IMG/VR virus record: IMGVR_UViG_3300031801_001562
Reading direction: 5' to 3' (one strand)
Source of the DNA: a virus
Taxonomy: Duplodnaviria; Caudoviricetes
DNA: 64,000 nucleotides
The translations under genes and the position numbers were made by a program. How positions within the stretch are numbered: the first letter of the stretch is position 1; every line of letters begins with the position of its first letter. Positions 18,798 through 28,879 of this stretch are shown here, piece after piece. The notes beneath the pieces are model-generated. The model worked only from the letters and a program-made list of their open reading frames with translations, made no database searches and was not told the DNA's origin.

Positions 18798-20199
18798 ATT
18801 GAAAATTCCCGAAGTCAGCCTTATTTCTGTGTCTATTATCAGTAGAGATATCAAACAATGGTTCATCATCTTGTCCGCTATCCGCTATATCTTCTTGAGC
18901 TTTTTGATCGACATCATAAAGTCTCATTTTACTTCTATCTACTCCAATAATAAACTTTCTATAAGATGTAGGATCATTATATCTGTTTTTCAATTGTTTT
19001 ACAAGCATTTGATTTAATTCTTCCATTTCTTCAGAAGATATAAGTGCGAACATAAAATCAGCAGTTGCTGGCAAACCAAAACTCTCAGATGTATCTTCTA
19101 AACCAATATCCGTACTTGTAAATCCTGTTCTAGTTGTTTGTGTTGCAGACATTATCGGAACATTATGTTCTACGGCTAACCCTCTTAATTCTTCAGCAAT
19201 GGATTTAATATATGTGTATGAATTAACATTGGCCCCTGCCTTTATTCTAGAAGATGTACAAATGTTTAAATAATCTATGAATATTATATCGGGAACAAAA
19301 TTACGTTTCAAGTTTAATTCACCTAATAAATTTTTAAAATGCAGTGCACTAGCAGATGCAGTAGGATATTCTTTAATAATTATTTTACCATTGGTTTTTC
19401 CTTTGAGTTTATCTATTTTCTTTTTATACATATCTCTAGGAATTTCTTCTAATTGATCCATAGGAATATCTAAAAGATTTGCATCTATTCTTTCAGCAAT
19501 TCTTTCTTCAGCCATCTCTAATGTAATATACAATACATTTTTATTAATAGAAAGACAACTGGCGGCTTGATGACACATGAATAAAGATTTACCAACTCCA
19601 GTTCCTGCTAAACAAATATTTAAGGTCTTCTTAGGTAAGCCTCCTTTTGTAATTTTATTAAACAACTCGAGATCAAATTCAAGTTTTTCTTCTACTCTGT
19701 GATAAAAATCAAATCTATCTTCTGCGTCTTCAATAAAATCGTGTCCGACATGAGGATCAAAAGAAACAGCTAAAGCATCCGATAAAACAGTAGGAATTGC
19801 TCCTTTAGATAAATGAGTCTTTTCATTACCTTCAAGAATCGCAATAGCATGTACCACAGCATTATATATTGCTTTATCTTGACAAAATGTTTCTGATTGT
19901 TCTAAAAGCCAAGGTGTGATGTCTTTAAAATCACTAGGCTTATCTAAAGTATTAATTATTTCATTAGATTTAGTATATTCTGTTTCATGTATACCATCTA
20001 ATTGATCTAAATCTATTAATAAACTTTGTTTGGTCGGCAGGTCATTATGTTTTAAAATATATTCTTGAATTAATTTGAAAACTAACTTTTCAGGAGGGTC
20101 TTCAAAATATTCAGATTTTACGTAAGGAACAACTTTACGCGAAAAATTTTCATTGTGTATTAAATGTGATAGTATCAGTCGTTCTATCCGTTCCGTCAT
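18790..20199 (-). CDS. 41: Replicative DNA helicase (T4 gp41-like)
   Basis: LAGTGVGKS Walker A, YITLEMAEE, IFIDYL, SESFGLPATAD. Confidence 0.97.
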   Translation of the reverse strand: MTERIERLILSHLIHNENFSRKVVPYVKSEYFEDPPEKLVFKLIQEYILKHNDLPTKQSLLIDLDQLDGIHETEYTKSNEIINTLDKPSDFKDITPWLLEQSETFCQDKAIYNAVVHAIAILEGNEKTHLSKGAIPTVLSDALAVSFDPHVGHDFIEDAEDRFDFYHRVEEKLEFDLELFNKITKGGLPKKTLNICLAGTGVGKSLFMCHQAASCLSINKNVLYITLEMAEERIAERIDANLLDIPMDQLEEIPRDMYKKKIDKLKGKTNGKIIIKEYPTASASALHFKNLLGELNLKRNFVPDIIFIDYLNICTSSRIKAGANVNSYTYIKSIAEELRGLAVEHNVPIMSATQTTRTGFTSTDIGLEDTSESFGLPATADFMFALISSEEMEELNQMLVKQLKNRYNDPTSYRKFIIGVDRSKMRLYDVDQKAQEDIADSGQDDEPLFDISTDNRHRNKADFGNFQYE

Positions 20200-20548
20200 T
20201 AGTTTTTACTCCTTCCTTTTCAGATTCTTCTCTATATCTGTCCCATAATAATTTAACTAAAATTTCTCCAATCATATATTCAAACTCTACACCTTCTTCA
20301 TCGGAATGTTCTACACCCTGTAATTCTGGTGGAACAAGAATAACATCGTATTCATATTTCGCATTACTTTCTCCTTTTTCATCCGGTGGAGCTACTTGAA
20401 ACTTCCCTAATTTTATAACAGTTCCTTTAAAAGGGCCCGCATTTAATTCAACACACATTTGAGAAACATCCTCGGGATGCTCTGGATGAGGAACTAAATT
20501 ATAATAACTATTAATTCTATCGTAATCTTCTTGTGTTAATTCATTCAT
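20150..20548 (-). CDS. Conserved hypothetical protein upstream of gp41
   Basis: Start placed at ATG 20548 (MNELTQE); T4-like uvsX-x-gp41 synteny. Confidence 0.55.
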   Translation of the reverse strand: MNELTQEDYDRINSYYNLVPHPEHPEDVSQMCVELNAGPFKGTVIKLGKFQVAPPDEKGESNAKYEYDVILVPPELQGVEHSDEEGVEFEYMIGEILVKLLWDRYREESEKEGVKTNDGTDRTTDTITFNTQ

Positions 20549-20796
20549 TCTTGTGACCAACCCATTATTTCTTTTGCAACATATTGTTCTACTTCTTGTT
20601 CCGTCAATCTTACTTGCTCGTCCGGAATCCATTGCATTGTTTGTTCTTCTCCTGTCCATCTAGCAGAAACTATTGGATAAGTTCCCCAGGCTCTTTCTAC
20701 GGCGGCTTCTCCCCCCCGACATATTTTTTTTGTTCCATCTTCAAAAGTTAGTTCCACTACTTTAACTTTTTCTACTATCAAATTATTAATGCTCAT
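20545..20796 (-). CDS. Hypothetical protein
   Basis: 83-aa ORF coupled to both neighbours. Confidence 0.5.
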   Translation of the reverse strand: MSINNLIVEKVKVVELTFEDGTKKICRGGEAAVERAWGTYPIVSARWTGEEQTMQWIPDEQVRLTEQEVEQYVAKEIMGWSQE

Positions 20797-21112
20797 GTTG
20801 TTCTATTCCATGTTGATCTAACAAATCATGCATTCGTTGATGTTCGTCCGCCGTATATTTGTAAAAAAGTACTCCGGTAACAAGACTTCCAATAACAAGC
20901 CCTTGAACAAATCTATAAATTGTTTTTCTATTTTTGGCTTTTGTGTCTTCTTCCATTGATTTGCCACGTTTATAACCATCATAAAATTTATAAAGTCCAT
21001 AAGCAACAACAAATCCTCCTATAATCCAACTTATAGGATGGTTAACGGTAGCGACAAAACTACCGCCAAATAGTACGGCAATAAAACCACTAATCCAGCA
21101 TATAGGACACAT
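20786..21112 (-). CDS. Small membrane protein
   Basis: Three hydrophobic segments; starts MCPIC. Confidence 0.55.
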   Translation of the reverse strand: MCPICWISGFIAVLFGGSFVATVNHPISWIIGGFVVAYGLYKFYDGYKRGKSMEEDTKAKNRKTIYRFVQGLVIGSLVTGVLFYKYTADEHQRMHDLLDQHGIEQHEH

Positions 21113-21132
21113 ATGTATACTCCTGTCCGGTG

Positions 21133-22245
21133 TTAAGTGTTTTCAACTGATTTAGCTTCAAGAGTTTTTTCTCCTCTTCTTTCTCCCTCTTTTCTTGCCC
21201 CTTCAAGAACTGATTCTTCCTCTACTCCTATTTCGCCATATAAAAATTCTTTCCCTGCAACTTTATCTAATTGATCAAGAATTTCTTTTGTAAAATATTT
21301 TGTGGGATTTTTAAGCATGGTTTTTAGAAAAACCTTTTCTCCATCAGGCATTTCTAATCTAGTAGAAACTTTTTTAAAGATTTCATACTTCTCTGCTAAT
21401 TCTGCTAATCCATAATATCTATTCAATCCTTCTTTATATGTAAGAAGAACATCCACCATTTTATGTTCTTTTGTGAGTCTTGATTTATAAGTTCTACAAT
21501 GGATTATTTGACCAATAACTTCTGTTCCGTCTTTTTCTTTTTTCTTGGAAAGAAAAACAATAGAAGATGCGGCATAATGTAAGCCAGTTCCACCTCCCAT
21601 AATTTTTTGAGGAAACAATGTCCCTATTTGATCATATGTGTGATTAGTAACCACAAGAGGAACTTTTGCTTTGCCTCCTAATAAAGTAAGAACTCTAAAT
21701 GTTCCTTTAACCATTTGAGCTCTGGTCATATCTCTTGTATCCTTACCTTCACCTATATCTTCCATCTCTTTAGTAGTAGACAGATTACCTAATGAATCTA
21801 GACACATCATCATTGGAGGACGATCTTTTTCGGGTTCTTCTAAATGTTTTTCTAAAATTTTAGTTGCTTGAGTTCTGAATTCTTGAACTGTTGCAACGGG
21901 AAGGATGATCATGCGCTTAGTATCTATTCCACGCATTTCAATCATATCTTTGGTTAGGGCAGATTCACTTTCAAAATATATAACCCCACCAGTAGGATTA
22001 TCTGCGAGAAACTGTCTGACACAACCCAAAACGAAAAAAGTTTTACCTGTTGAACTTTCTCCAGCAAATGCTGTAATTTTATTTGAGGGTAACCCCCCAT
22101 AAATGCTTCCTGATAGCTGTGCATTTAAAATATACGAACCGGTATCAATAAAACTTTCTACATCTCCAGCTTCAATCCCATCACTTACTTTTGAGCCATA
22201 TTCATTTTTGGCTACTTGTAACATTTCTCCAAAATAATCACTCAT
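21133..22245 (-). CDS. uvsX: RecA-like recombinase UvsX
   Basis: [10 protein letters not shown] Walker [26 protein letters not shown]. Confidence 0.95.
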   Translation of the reverse strand: MSDYFGEMLQVAKNEYGSKVSDGIEAGDVESFIDTGSYILNAQLSGSIYGGLPSNKITAFAGESSTGKTFFVLGCVRQFLADNPTGGVIYFESESALTKDMIEMRGIDTKRMIILPVATVQEFRTQATKILEKHLEEPEKDRPPMMMCLDSLGNLSTTKEMEDIGEGKDTRDMTRAQMVKGTFRVLTLLGGKAKVPLVVTNHTYDQIGTLFPQKIMGGGTGLHYAASSIVFLSKKKEKDGTEVIGQIIHCRTYKSRLTKEHKMVDVLLTYKEGLNRYYGLAELAEKYEIFKKVSTRLEMPDGEKVFLKTMLKNPTKYFTKEILDQLDKVAGKEFLYGEIGVEEESVLEGARKEGERRGEKTLEAKSVENT

Positions 22246-22271
22246 AAAACCTTTTCAATTAATCATCATAC

Positions 22272-22300
22272 ATTATAATATAATTTAACATAATAATCAA
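22272..22300 (-). promoter_or_regulatory. sigma70-type promoter for uvsX-gp41
   Basis: TTGATT-17 nt-TATAAT. Confidence 0.7.
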
Positions 22301-22302
22301 GT

Positions 22303-22327
22303 AAAAAGGGGGCAGAGCCCCCCTTTT
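22303..22327. terminator. Intrinsic terminator
   Basis: A5-GGGGGC-AGA-GCCCCC-C-T4 hairpin just downstream of the 73-aa membrane protein gene. Confidence 0.85.
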
Positions 22328-22341
22328 ACGTAACTAGTTAT

Positions 22342-22563
22342 TTAGTTTTTGGAATAAATTCCCCAGAGTACCCATATAGCAATTAAACCGACAAAACCTT
22401 CTTGTCCTAATTGTTTTACAAGTGCTACAACAGAACCCACGATATCAATTCCGATAAACGGTAAAGCTGCACCAAAAATAATCTGAAGAACTACGCCTAA
22501 AGCAATAACTGCTAAACCAAGTTCAGTTAAACTTCTCATCCAACCGAGTGCCTTATCTAACAT
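22342..22563 (-). CDS. 73-aa multi-pass membrane protein in its own late transcription unit
   Basis: AAAGGAG RBS, GATAAATA at 22652-22659, terminator downstream, very hydrophobic. Confidence 0.75.
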   Translation of the reverse strand: MLDKALGWMRSLTELGLAVIALGVVLQIIFGAALPFIGIDIVGSVVALVKQLGQEGFVGLIAIWVLWGIYSKN

Positions 22564-22666
22564 ATATAACTCCTTTATTTTATATTAATCTCTCACCACT
22601 AATTATACATAATTTCGGTAGCTAAGCTTATTCCGAACTACCTTCATTACATATTTATCAAATTCT

Positions 22667-25171
22667 CTATACTAAAAACGCTTCTAGAGAACTTGTTTTT
22701 TCAGGAGACCATCCAATGACTTTTAATATTTCATTCAAGGGTCCCCTAAAAGACTTTTCAAATTGTTTATCATAATCAATATAATCATGAAGCCCGAACT
22801 CTTCGGGTAAACCTTCTATCATGGCTATGACACCATCTCTAATAGGATTAGGCTGTTTCAAATAAACAAATTTGATCTTTTCCCCTTCTTGAATAAGAGG
22901 ATACTTATTTTGCAATTTATTTTGTTTCAAAAAATGATTATACAGGCGTGTTCCTTTTACATGAACAGGTGTTCCTTTAGCATACAATTTTGTCCCACCA
23001 TTATATTTTTCAATTCCTTTAACAGATCTAGGAAATGCAATATTTTCAATAGGTTCTTTTTCAAACTGTACTCTAAAATCTGCAATGAACTTCTGTATAG
23101 CTTCTTCATCGTGATTGATAATAATATCAAAAGACTTTTTTAATTTATCTCTACAAGATGTGGGTGTTGATGATTTAACAGATTCAATACCCATAACCTT
23201 GATTCGTGGATTTGCATACCTAACTCCTTCATTATCATGAACATTAAGAATATAATGTTTCTTTCCTGTCCAAATACCTTTATCAGCAAGGATCTCTCTT
23301 TTCATAAACATCTTCTGACCATAAGCATTCATATAATTTGCTAGATCTGAATATCCGTTATCGATTACTCCTTGTAGTTTTTCCTCACATACTTTATCTA
23401 AAAAATTTATTACTTTAGTTGTATCCGGCTCTTCAGGAAATACTTTTTTTACTAATCCATCTAAAGTAATGTAGAGGGAGTCTGTATCCGATGCAAGAAC
23501 ATAATCAACCTCTTTTGTTTCCATAACTTGATTAAGATAATTATTGACTACAGTTTCTGCCCAGCGAATACTCAGTTGTCCTCCTAATGTAATAGCTTCA
23601 GATATTCTCAAATCAAAAAATCTAAAATATGGATTTCCAAAAGCTCCGTAAACACTATTAAGCATTAATTTCATGGCAGTTTGTTTATTGCCAAATGAAT
23701 CTGCTTCCTTTTTTAATTTTTCTATCTCAACCGGATCCGTTGCTTTTTCTAATTTTTTCTTAGCCGCGATTTCCTTCTTTTTAAAGATAACTCTATTATC
23801 ATACTTCTCCTGCATTAGCCTTGGTAAAAATCCTTGTTCATCCTTTTTGAATCCTTGACCATTAGGAGCAATGATAATATCTTTATCATAATATTTGTCT
23901 AAATCAACTTGCTTATTTAATAAAGAATCAACCCGACACGGCTCTGTAATACCTGTTAAAATAGTATCAGGACTAACATTGTATTGCATGATTAAATGAG
24001 GGTATAGACTATTTAAATCAAAACTGACAACCCAATTATGTAATCCCGCTTGTACTTCTTTTACATATGCTCCAACATATGCAGCATTTTTTGTATTATC
24101 TTTCTTAGGTGGAACTACTATATTTCTATTCATTAAATCATTCGCAAGAATAACTTCCCACATCATCACCATTCCAAATGTGTCCTGATAGTTTACCTTT
24201 GCTTCATAAGCCAAAGCAACCACCATTTCTATCAATTTTTTCTTTTCCTCTAATCGTTCTACAAGCTGTGCATCTTTAATATTATAATCAATAAACAACT
24301 GATAATTTTCTTTATATAATGTATAAAGATTTCCATACTCTTCAAATGATAATTTTCTTTCTCCTAATTCAACAGAAGCAATATAATCTAACCTATAACT
24401 TTCCGCAGGAGGAGAATTCCTTCTATAAACATCAATGTAATCAATAACAGCAATACCGATGAGATCATGAAAGATTGTTTCTCTACCTCTAAAGGTTGTT
24501 GATCGCTCATTAACTAATCTCCAAGGAGATAATCTTTTGACAGCTTTATTATCAAATAATCTAGAAATTCTATTAACCAAATATGGAATATCAAAACCTT
24601 GAATATTCCACCCAGTAACAATATCTGGGGCTAACTTTTCCCAAAAAGAAAGAAATTCTTGAACCAAATGATTTTCATCAGCACAATGAAAATATTCAAC
24701 CGCCGGATTAGTATTATTATATTCACCACAACCAAATACGAAATATTTTTCTTTTGCTCCGACAGTAATGGCTTGAATTATTTCAGTAGCTGAAATTGGA
24801 TCTGGAAATCCGTGTTCTGAGGCAACCTCAATATCAATACTCGCAACTACTAATTGAGAGAAGTCATAATCAATACCTTTGTCTTTGGGAAACTCTTCGT
24901 AAATATAATTATATCTCCAAGCAGTCATTCCATAAATCTGAAAATTTTCTACTCCATCATATTTTCGAATAAATTCTCTTGTTTCTTTAATTGTACCAGG
25001 CTTAATAGGAGATAATGATTTTCCATCAATAGTTGAATATTTTGATTTTTCGTTGGAAGGAATAAAAACTGTGGGGTGATATTCAATGCGATCATCAAAA
25101 CGTTGGCCGTTTTCATAACCCCTAACTAAAACATGATCACCGATTTGGTGTACGTTTGTATAAAATTTCAT
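22667..25171 (-). CDS. 43: Family B DNA polymerase (T4 gp43-like)
   Basis: Exonuclease DIEV/YNIKD, SFDLNSLYP, KLMLNSVYG, ASDTDS; no intein or intron evident. Confidence 0.98.
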   Translation of the reverse strand: MKFYTNVHQIGDHVLVRGYENGQRFDDRIEYHPTVFIPSNEKSKYSTIDGKSLSPIKPGTIKETREFIRKYDGVENFQIYGMTAWRYNYIYEEFPKDKGIDYDFSQLVVASIDIEVASEHGFPDPISATEIIQAITVGAKEKYFVFGCGEYNNTNPAVEYFHCADENHLVQEFLSFWEKLAPDIVTGWNIQGFDIPYLVNRISRLFDNKAVKRLSPWRLVNERSTTFRGRETIFHDLIGIAVIDYIDVYRRNSPPAESYRLDYIASVELGERKLSFEEYGNLYTLYKENYQLFIDYNIKDAQLVERLEEKKKLIEMVVALAYEAKVNYQDTFGMVMMWEVILANDLMNRNIVVPPKKDNTKNAAYVGAYVKEVQAGLHNWVVSFDLNSLYPHLIMQYNVSPDTILTGITEPCRVDSLLNKQVDLDKYYDKDIIIAPNGQGFKKDEQGFLPRLMQEKYDNRVIFKKKEIAAKKKLEKATDPVEIEKLKKEADSFGNKQTAMKLMLNSVYGAFGNPYFRFFDLRISEAITLGGQLSIRWAETVVNNYLNQVMETKEVDYVLASDTDSLYITLDGLVKKVFPEEPDTTKVINFLDKVCEEKLQGVIDNGYSDLANYMNAYGQKMFMKREILADKGIWTGKKHYILNVHDNEGVRYANPRIKVMGIESVKSSTPTSCRDKLKKSFDIIINHDEEAIQKFIADFRVQFEKEPIENIAFPRSVKGIEKYNGGTKLYAKGTPVHVKGTRLYNHFLKQNKLQNKYPLIQEGEKIKFVYLKQPNPIRDGVIAMIEGLPEEFGLHDYIDYDKQFEKSFRGPLNEILKVIGWSPEKTSSLEAFLV

Positions 25172-25329
25172 TTATCAAAATAATTATATTCCACTTTGTG
25201 TCCATAAGATTTTAATTTCTTATAACACCATAATATTTGATCATCGACCCAACTTCTAGCCATATAAGCTCCAATTAAATATAGAAATTGGAGATATACC
25301 AAAAGAGGAAATATCAATAATCGTTTCAT
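25168..25329 (-). CDS. 53-aa protein with an N-terminal hydrophobic helix (below the ORF-track size cutoff)
   Basis: MKRLLIFPLLVYLQFLYLIGAYMARSWVDDQILWCYKKLKSYGHKVEYNYFDK; ATGA overlaps with both neighbours. Confidence 0.6.
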   Translation of the reverse strand: MKRLLIFPLLVYLQFLYLIGAYMARSWVDDQILWCYKKLKSYGHKVEYNYFDK

Positions 25330-25823
25330 TGAATCAGCCCATTTTTATATACTGTTTTTCCTTTTATTCTTAGGGCTGTATTAATTTTTCCGCGGTTTTG
25401 ACCATTTGTTTTATAAGAACAGTGAACCCATCCACTGCTAGGTACGCCTTGAGTATAAAATTCTAAAATTAATTGATCAAATTCTAAATTTTCTTTAATC
25501 CAGCGTGCTAATTTATAATTACCTATTCTGGAACTTTCAAAATCAGCTGCTTCTCCAAAACAATGTTGACTAGTTTTAGATCCGCCAACTGCTCTGTTTA
25601 AAGCTGGTCCTCTATAACCACTATTAATACGAACTGGCCCGAATTCATCTCTTACCGGTTGTAAAATATGATTTGCAACGTTAGTAAGGTTAATCAGAAT
25701 TTGATCTTCTTCTGGCCAATTATTCAACCCCATTCTTTCTGCAGTTGAACTTTTCACTAATTCAGGAAGAGTAAAATTAGGAGATACCCTAATATCCTCT
25801 TCTGTTTTTAATATTGATTTCAT
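25326..25823 (-). CDS. Peptidase M15A (probable endolysin)
   Basis: INSGYR...SQHCFGEAADF...WVHCSY Zn ligands; late promoter upstream. Confidence 0.85.
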   Translation of the reverse strand: MKSILKTEEDIRVSPNFTLPELVKSSTAERMGLNNWPEEDQILINLTNVANHILQPVRDEFGPVRINSGYRGPALNRAVGGSKTSQHCFGEAADFESSRIGNYKLARWIKENLEFDQLILEFYTQGVPSSGWVHCSYKTNGQNRGKINTALRIKGKTVYKNGLIQ

Positions 25824-25871
25824 TCTATAATCCTGAAAGAGGGTTTGTTATGAGCATATTTCTATACACCA

Positions 25872-25879
25872 TATTTATA
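25872..25879 (-). promoter_or_regulatory. T4-type late promoter (TATAAATA)
   Basis: Exact consensus upstream of the M15 peptidase. Confidence 0.75.
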
Positions 25880-25912
25880 ACGCGCCCTCTTGTATAATTT
25901 ACGAAAAATAAA

Positions 25913-26356
25913 TTATTTAGTTACAATTGGGATCTGTCTAGATTTCTTATCCTCAGGAATAACTCTTTCTAAGGTGATAATTAACATTCCGCTAGTCATT
26001 GTCGCGCCGTTAACTATCATATCATCAGATAAAGTCCAAGACCTCTTAAATGAGCGCCTGGCTATACCTTGATGAAGATAATCTTCTTCAGATTTTTCTG
26101 TATCACTGCTGACAGTTAATACCCTATCCTCAACATGTACCTGAATATCTTTTTCGCTGAGTCCTGCAACTGCTAACTCTATTATATAATGATCTCCATC
26201 TTTTTTCAAGTTATAAGGTGGATAACCAGAAGATTGGTTTTGTTGATTACTTTCAAAAAGTCTATCAAACATTGTATCAAACCCAACGGCTGATCCTAAT
26301 GCTTGTTCGAATTGTTTGTGGGTGGGGAATACAGAAAGTGCGTTAGTCGTTAACAT
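25913..26356 (-). CDS. Small heat-shock protein Hsp20 (IbpA-like)
   Basis: YPPYNL, IELAVAG, YLHQGIARRSFKRSW; AGGAGG RBS. Confidence 0.93.
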   Translation of the reverse strand: MLTTNALSVFPTHKQFEQALGSAVGFDTMFDRLFESNQQNQSSGYPPYNLKKDGDHYIIELAVAGLSEKDIQVHVEDRVLTVSSDTEKSEEDYLHQGIARRSFKRSWTLSDDMIVNGATMTSGMLIITLERVIPEDKKSRQIPIVTK

Positions 26357-26448
26357 ATGTCCTCCTTTTTAAGCAAAGACGTTTAGTAAAAACATTAAGA
26401 ATCCTTACGCAAGCAATTCCTAATGATATGAAAAGAAAAGGTCAAGAA

Positions 26449-26643
26449 TTAATCTCTCCAACCTTCTCCGGCTATTAAATGCCCAAATCTGTGTTTGAGC
26501 ACTATCCATATTAAATATAATATGGAATTGGCACTATACACTCCGACCTCGTCGAATTCAATAGTACCTTTTTCGGGATCAGTTAAAACTTCTTCGTATA
26601 TTTCTAAGTCGTAACTGTGCCCTAAAACTTTAAATTTACTCAT
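26449..26643 (-). CDS. Hypothetical protein
   Basis: 64-aa coupled ORF. Confidence 0.5.
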   Translation of the reverse strand: MSKFKVLGHSYDLEIYEEVLTDPEKGTIEFDEVGVYSANSILYLIWIVLKHRFGHLIAGEGWRD

Positions 26644-27149
26644 TTGCCAGTACTCCCAAAACCACCTGTCCGGCTGGTTTTTTGTTTAGGAGGCGAGCTA
26701 ATTTCTTCGATATCATATTGTTGTAATCTCACAAGTTCGCCCTGTGCAATTCTATCATTGTTATTTATAACAATTGATTGAATGTCTGATAAGTTTATTA
26801 CAGGAATCATTAACGGATCGATATAATCAAAATCGATCACACCTTCACAATTAATAAAACTCATTCCTTGTTTAATCGCCGCACCAGATCTTGGATGTAT
26901 TCTTACTGAATATCCCGCTGGAATATCTAAAATTATCCCTGTAGGAACTAGGGCTCTTTGAAAAGGATGTATTACTATATTTTTATCATGTCTTTCAATA
27001 AATTTTTTCCTATCGTCATTCCAAAATTTACATCCTATTTCAGGAGTATAATAAGCATGTATATCAAAACATGCTGAGCCTCGTGTTGAAAATGTTGGAA
27101 GGGTTACATCGGGATATAATTTATGAGCTTTCAAACTTAGTGTCGTCAT
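26640..27149 (-). CDS. dut: Trimeric dUTPase
   Basis: GSACFDI, VPTGI, PRSG, GVIDFDY, RIAQ, RTGGFGSTG. Confidence 0.95.
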   Translation of the reverse strand: MTTLSLKAHKLYPDVTLPTFSTRGSACFDIHAYYTPEIGCKFWNDDRKKFIERHDKNIVIHPFQRALVPTGIILDIPAGYSVRIHPRSGAAIKQGMSFINCEGVIDFDYIDPLMIPVINLSDIQSIVINNNDRIAQGELVRLQQYDIEEISSPPKQKTSRTGGFGSTGK

Positions 27150-27549
27150 TCTTTTTATTACCTATATTATATTTCGCAACTAGTTCCCATTCATCTTTTT
27201 TCTTAAAAGATATAATCTTTAATTGATTAATTGGAACTACATCATCTTCATTAATATTATCATTATCAACTTTTTGTACCAGATCCCATTCGGCTAATAA
27301 ATTAACTATTGTATTTCGCCTTGCGGCATCGTTATCCGAAAAATTGGAAGGTTTTCCATCCAACATAAACAATTCTTTAAAATGTACAATGTAATATCTA
27401 GCTTGCTTATGAAGAATATGACAAGATTGATATAAAATCTTATCCTTCTTAGATGCTACACCTATTCTCGTTAATGTTTCTTTTACTTTTAAAAAATCAT
27501 CGGGCTGTTTTAACTTGATTTCAACGAGAGAATCTATCTCTACGCTCAT
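27121..27549 (-). CDS. regA: Translational repressor RegA
   Basis: DDFLKVKETLTRIGVAS...LYQSCHILHKQARYYIVHFKELF. Confidence 0.96.
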   Translation of the reverse strand: MSVEIDSLVEIKLKQPDDFLKVKETLTRIGVASKKDKILYQSCHILHKQARYYIVHFKELFMLDGKPSNFSDNDAARRNTIVNLLAEWDLVQKVDNDNINEDDVVPINQLKIISFKKKDEWELVAKYNIGNKKNDDTKFESS

Positions 27550-27946
27550 TGTTCTCCTTCAAACCACCTGTAAATAATTCTTGCCTAAGAGTATTCAGAT
27601 CCTCATCACTGAAGATATCTACAACCTCTCTTGCTTTTTGAAGGCTGTATCCATAATATTCAACAATTAAATCTATGGCTTCATACTTCTCTGCTTTTAA
27701 CCATCGACCAAATCTATTCTTGGGTCTGATAATATTTAGCAAATAGTGATATTGAAGTTTATTATCCAGATGAGTTCTGGTGTTCATTTCATTGGCTTGA
27801 AGGATAGTATCGAAATTAAAGCTTAAAGATCGATTTACCAGAAACGCTTTATATTGCCCTTCTAATTGATTATCAAAGTCATCACTTAGTATATCTTTTT
27901 TCTTATAATTAATATCATTTACAAAATCGAACGGATTTATTGCCAT
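27521..27946 (-). CDS. 62: Clamp loader small subunit (gp62-like)
   Basis: NPFDFVNDIN, FLVNRSLS, EYYGYS; sits between gp44 and regA. Confidence 0.9.
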   Translation of the reverse strand: MAINPFDFVNDINYKKKDILSDDFDNQLEGQYKAFLVNRSLSFNFDTILQANEMNTRTHLDNKLQYHYLLNIIRPKNRFGRWLKAEKYEAIDLIVEYYGYSLQKAREVVDIFSDEDLNTLRQELFTGGLKENNERRDRFSR

Positions 27947-28875
27947 TGGCCTTCTATCATGATCTCAATTAAACATGCTGTAAGATTTATGTCTTGATCA
28001 GCGGCGAATGCACTCTTATATTGATAATCTGCCAATAAAAGAATTATTGGTGGTAATCCTGCTGGTGTCAAATGGTCATGCAAATTATCATATAACTTTC
28101 TATATACTGTTCTAGCATCTGTATGACTTGTATCAACAACCCATTTACGAACCTTTGTAAAGTTCTTTTCTTTTAATGCATTAATAAGGGCGTTAAAATC
28201 AGAATCAGAAAGTAAACTAAGGATACCGGTATCAATACTTCCGCTGGTGCTATATCGTTGTAATTCATTTAGAGTTCTTCTAAAATCTGGATAATATTTC
28301 ATAATAAGTTCAACAATAACCTTTTCGTTGAACTTTACATTATTTTCATTAAGAATTACTTTAATCCTATCTAATAACTGTTGTGCTATTTTAGGTGATT
28401 CTTTTTTATCTACCTTAAATTCAACTACCGAACATCGAGAATGAATAGGATCGATAATTCTATTAAGATAATTACAAGTAAAAATGAAACTACAGTTATC
28501 TGCAAATCGTTCAATAAATCCTCTCATTGCGGGTTGTGTAGATTGAGGATTTAAATAATCAGCTTCATCTATAATAACAACTTTACGGCCACCAATTAAA
28601 GAAACGCTACTACAATAATTTTCTAACTTAACTCTTAATAAATCAATACCAGATTCTTGAGAACCATTAATAACCAAATAATCAAGACCAATCTCTTTAC
28701 ACATTGCTTTCGCGATTGTGGTTTTACCCATACCTGGACCACCACATAAAAGAAGATTTGGAATATTCCCTGTAGATACATAAGATTCAAATGGCTCTTT
28801 CAAATGATCCGGTAGAATACATTCCGATACTGTTTGAGGTCTATAAGCTTCAACCCATAATATATTTTTTGTCAT
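27937..28875 (-). CDS. 44: Clamp loader large subunit (gp44-like)
   Basis: LWVEAYRP, GGPGMGKTT, IIDEAD, IHSRC. Confidence 0.96.
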   Translation of the reverse strand: MTKNILWVEAYRPQTVSECILPDHLKEPFESYVSTGNIPNLLLCGGPGMGKTTIAKAMCKEIGLDYLVINGSQESGIDLLRVKLENYCSSVSLIGGRKVVIIDEADYLNPQSTQPAMRGFIERFADNCSFIFTCNYLNRIIDPIHSRCSVVEFKVDKKESPKIAQQLLDRIKVILNENNVKFNEKVIVELIMKYYPDFRRTLNELQRYSTSGSIDTGILSLLSDSDFNALINALKEKNFTKVRKWVVDTSHTDARTVYRKLYDNLHDHLTPAGLPPIILLLADYQYKSAFAADQDINLTACLIEIMIEGQWQ

Positions 28876-28879
28876 AATT

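Noticed and set aside
22667-25171. Intein or intron in gp43, nrdJ or gp41
   Set aside because: Lengths are normal, motifs are contiguous, and no LAGLIDADG/HNH or splice-junction signature was seen
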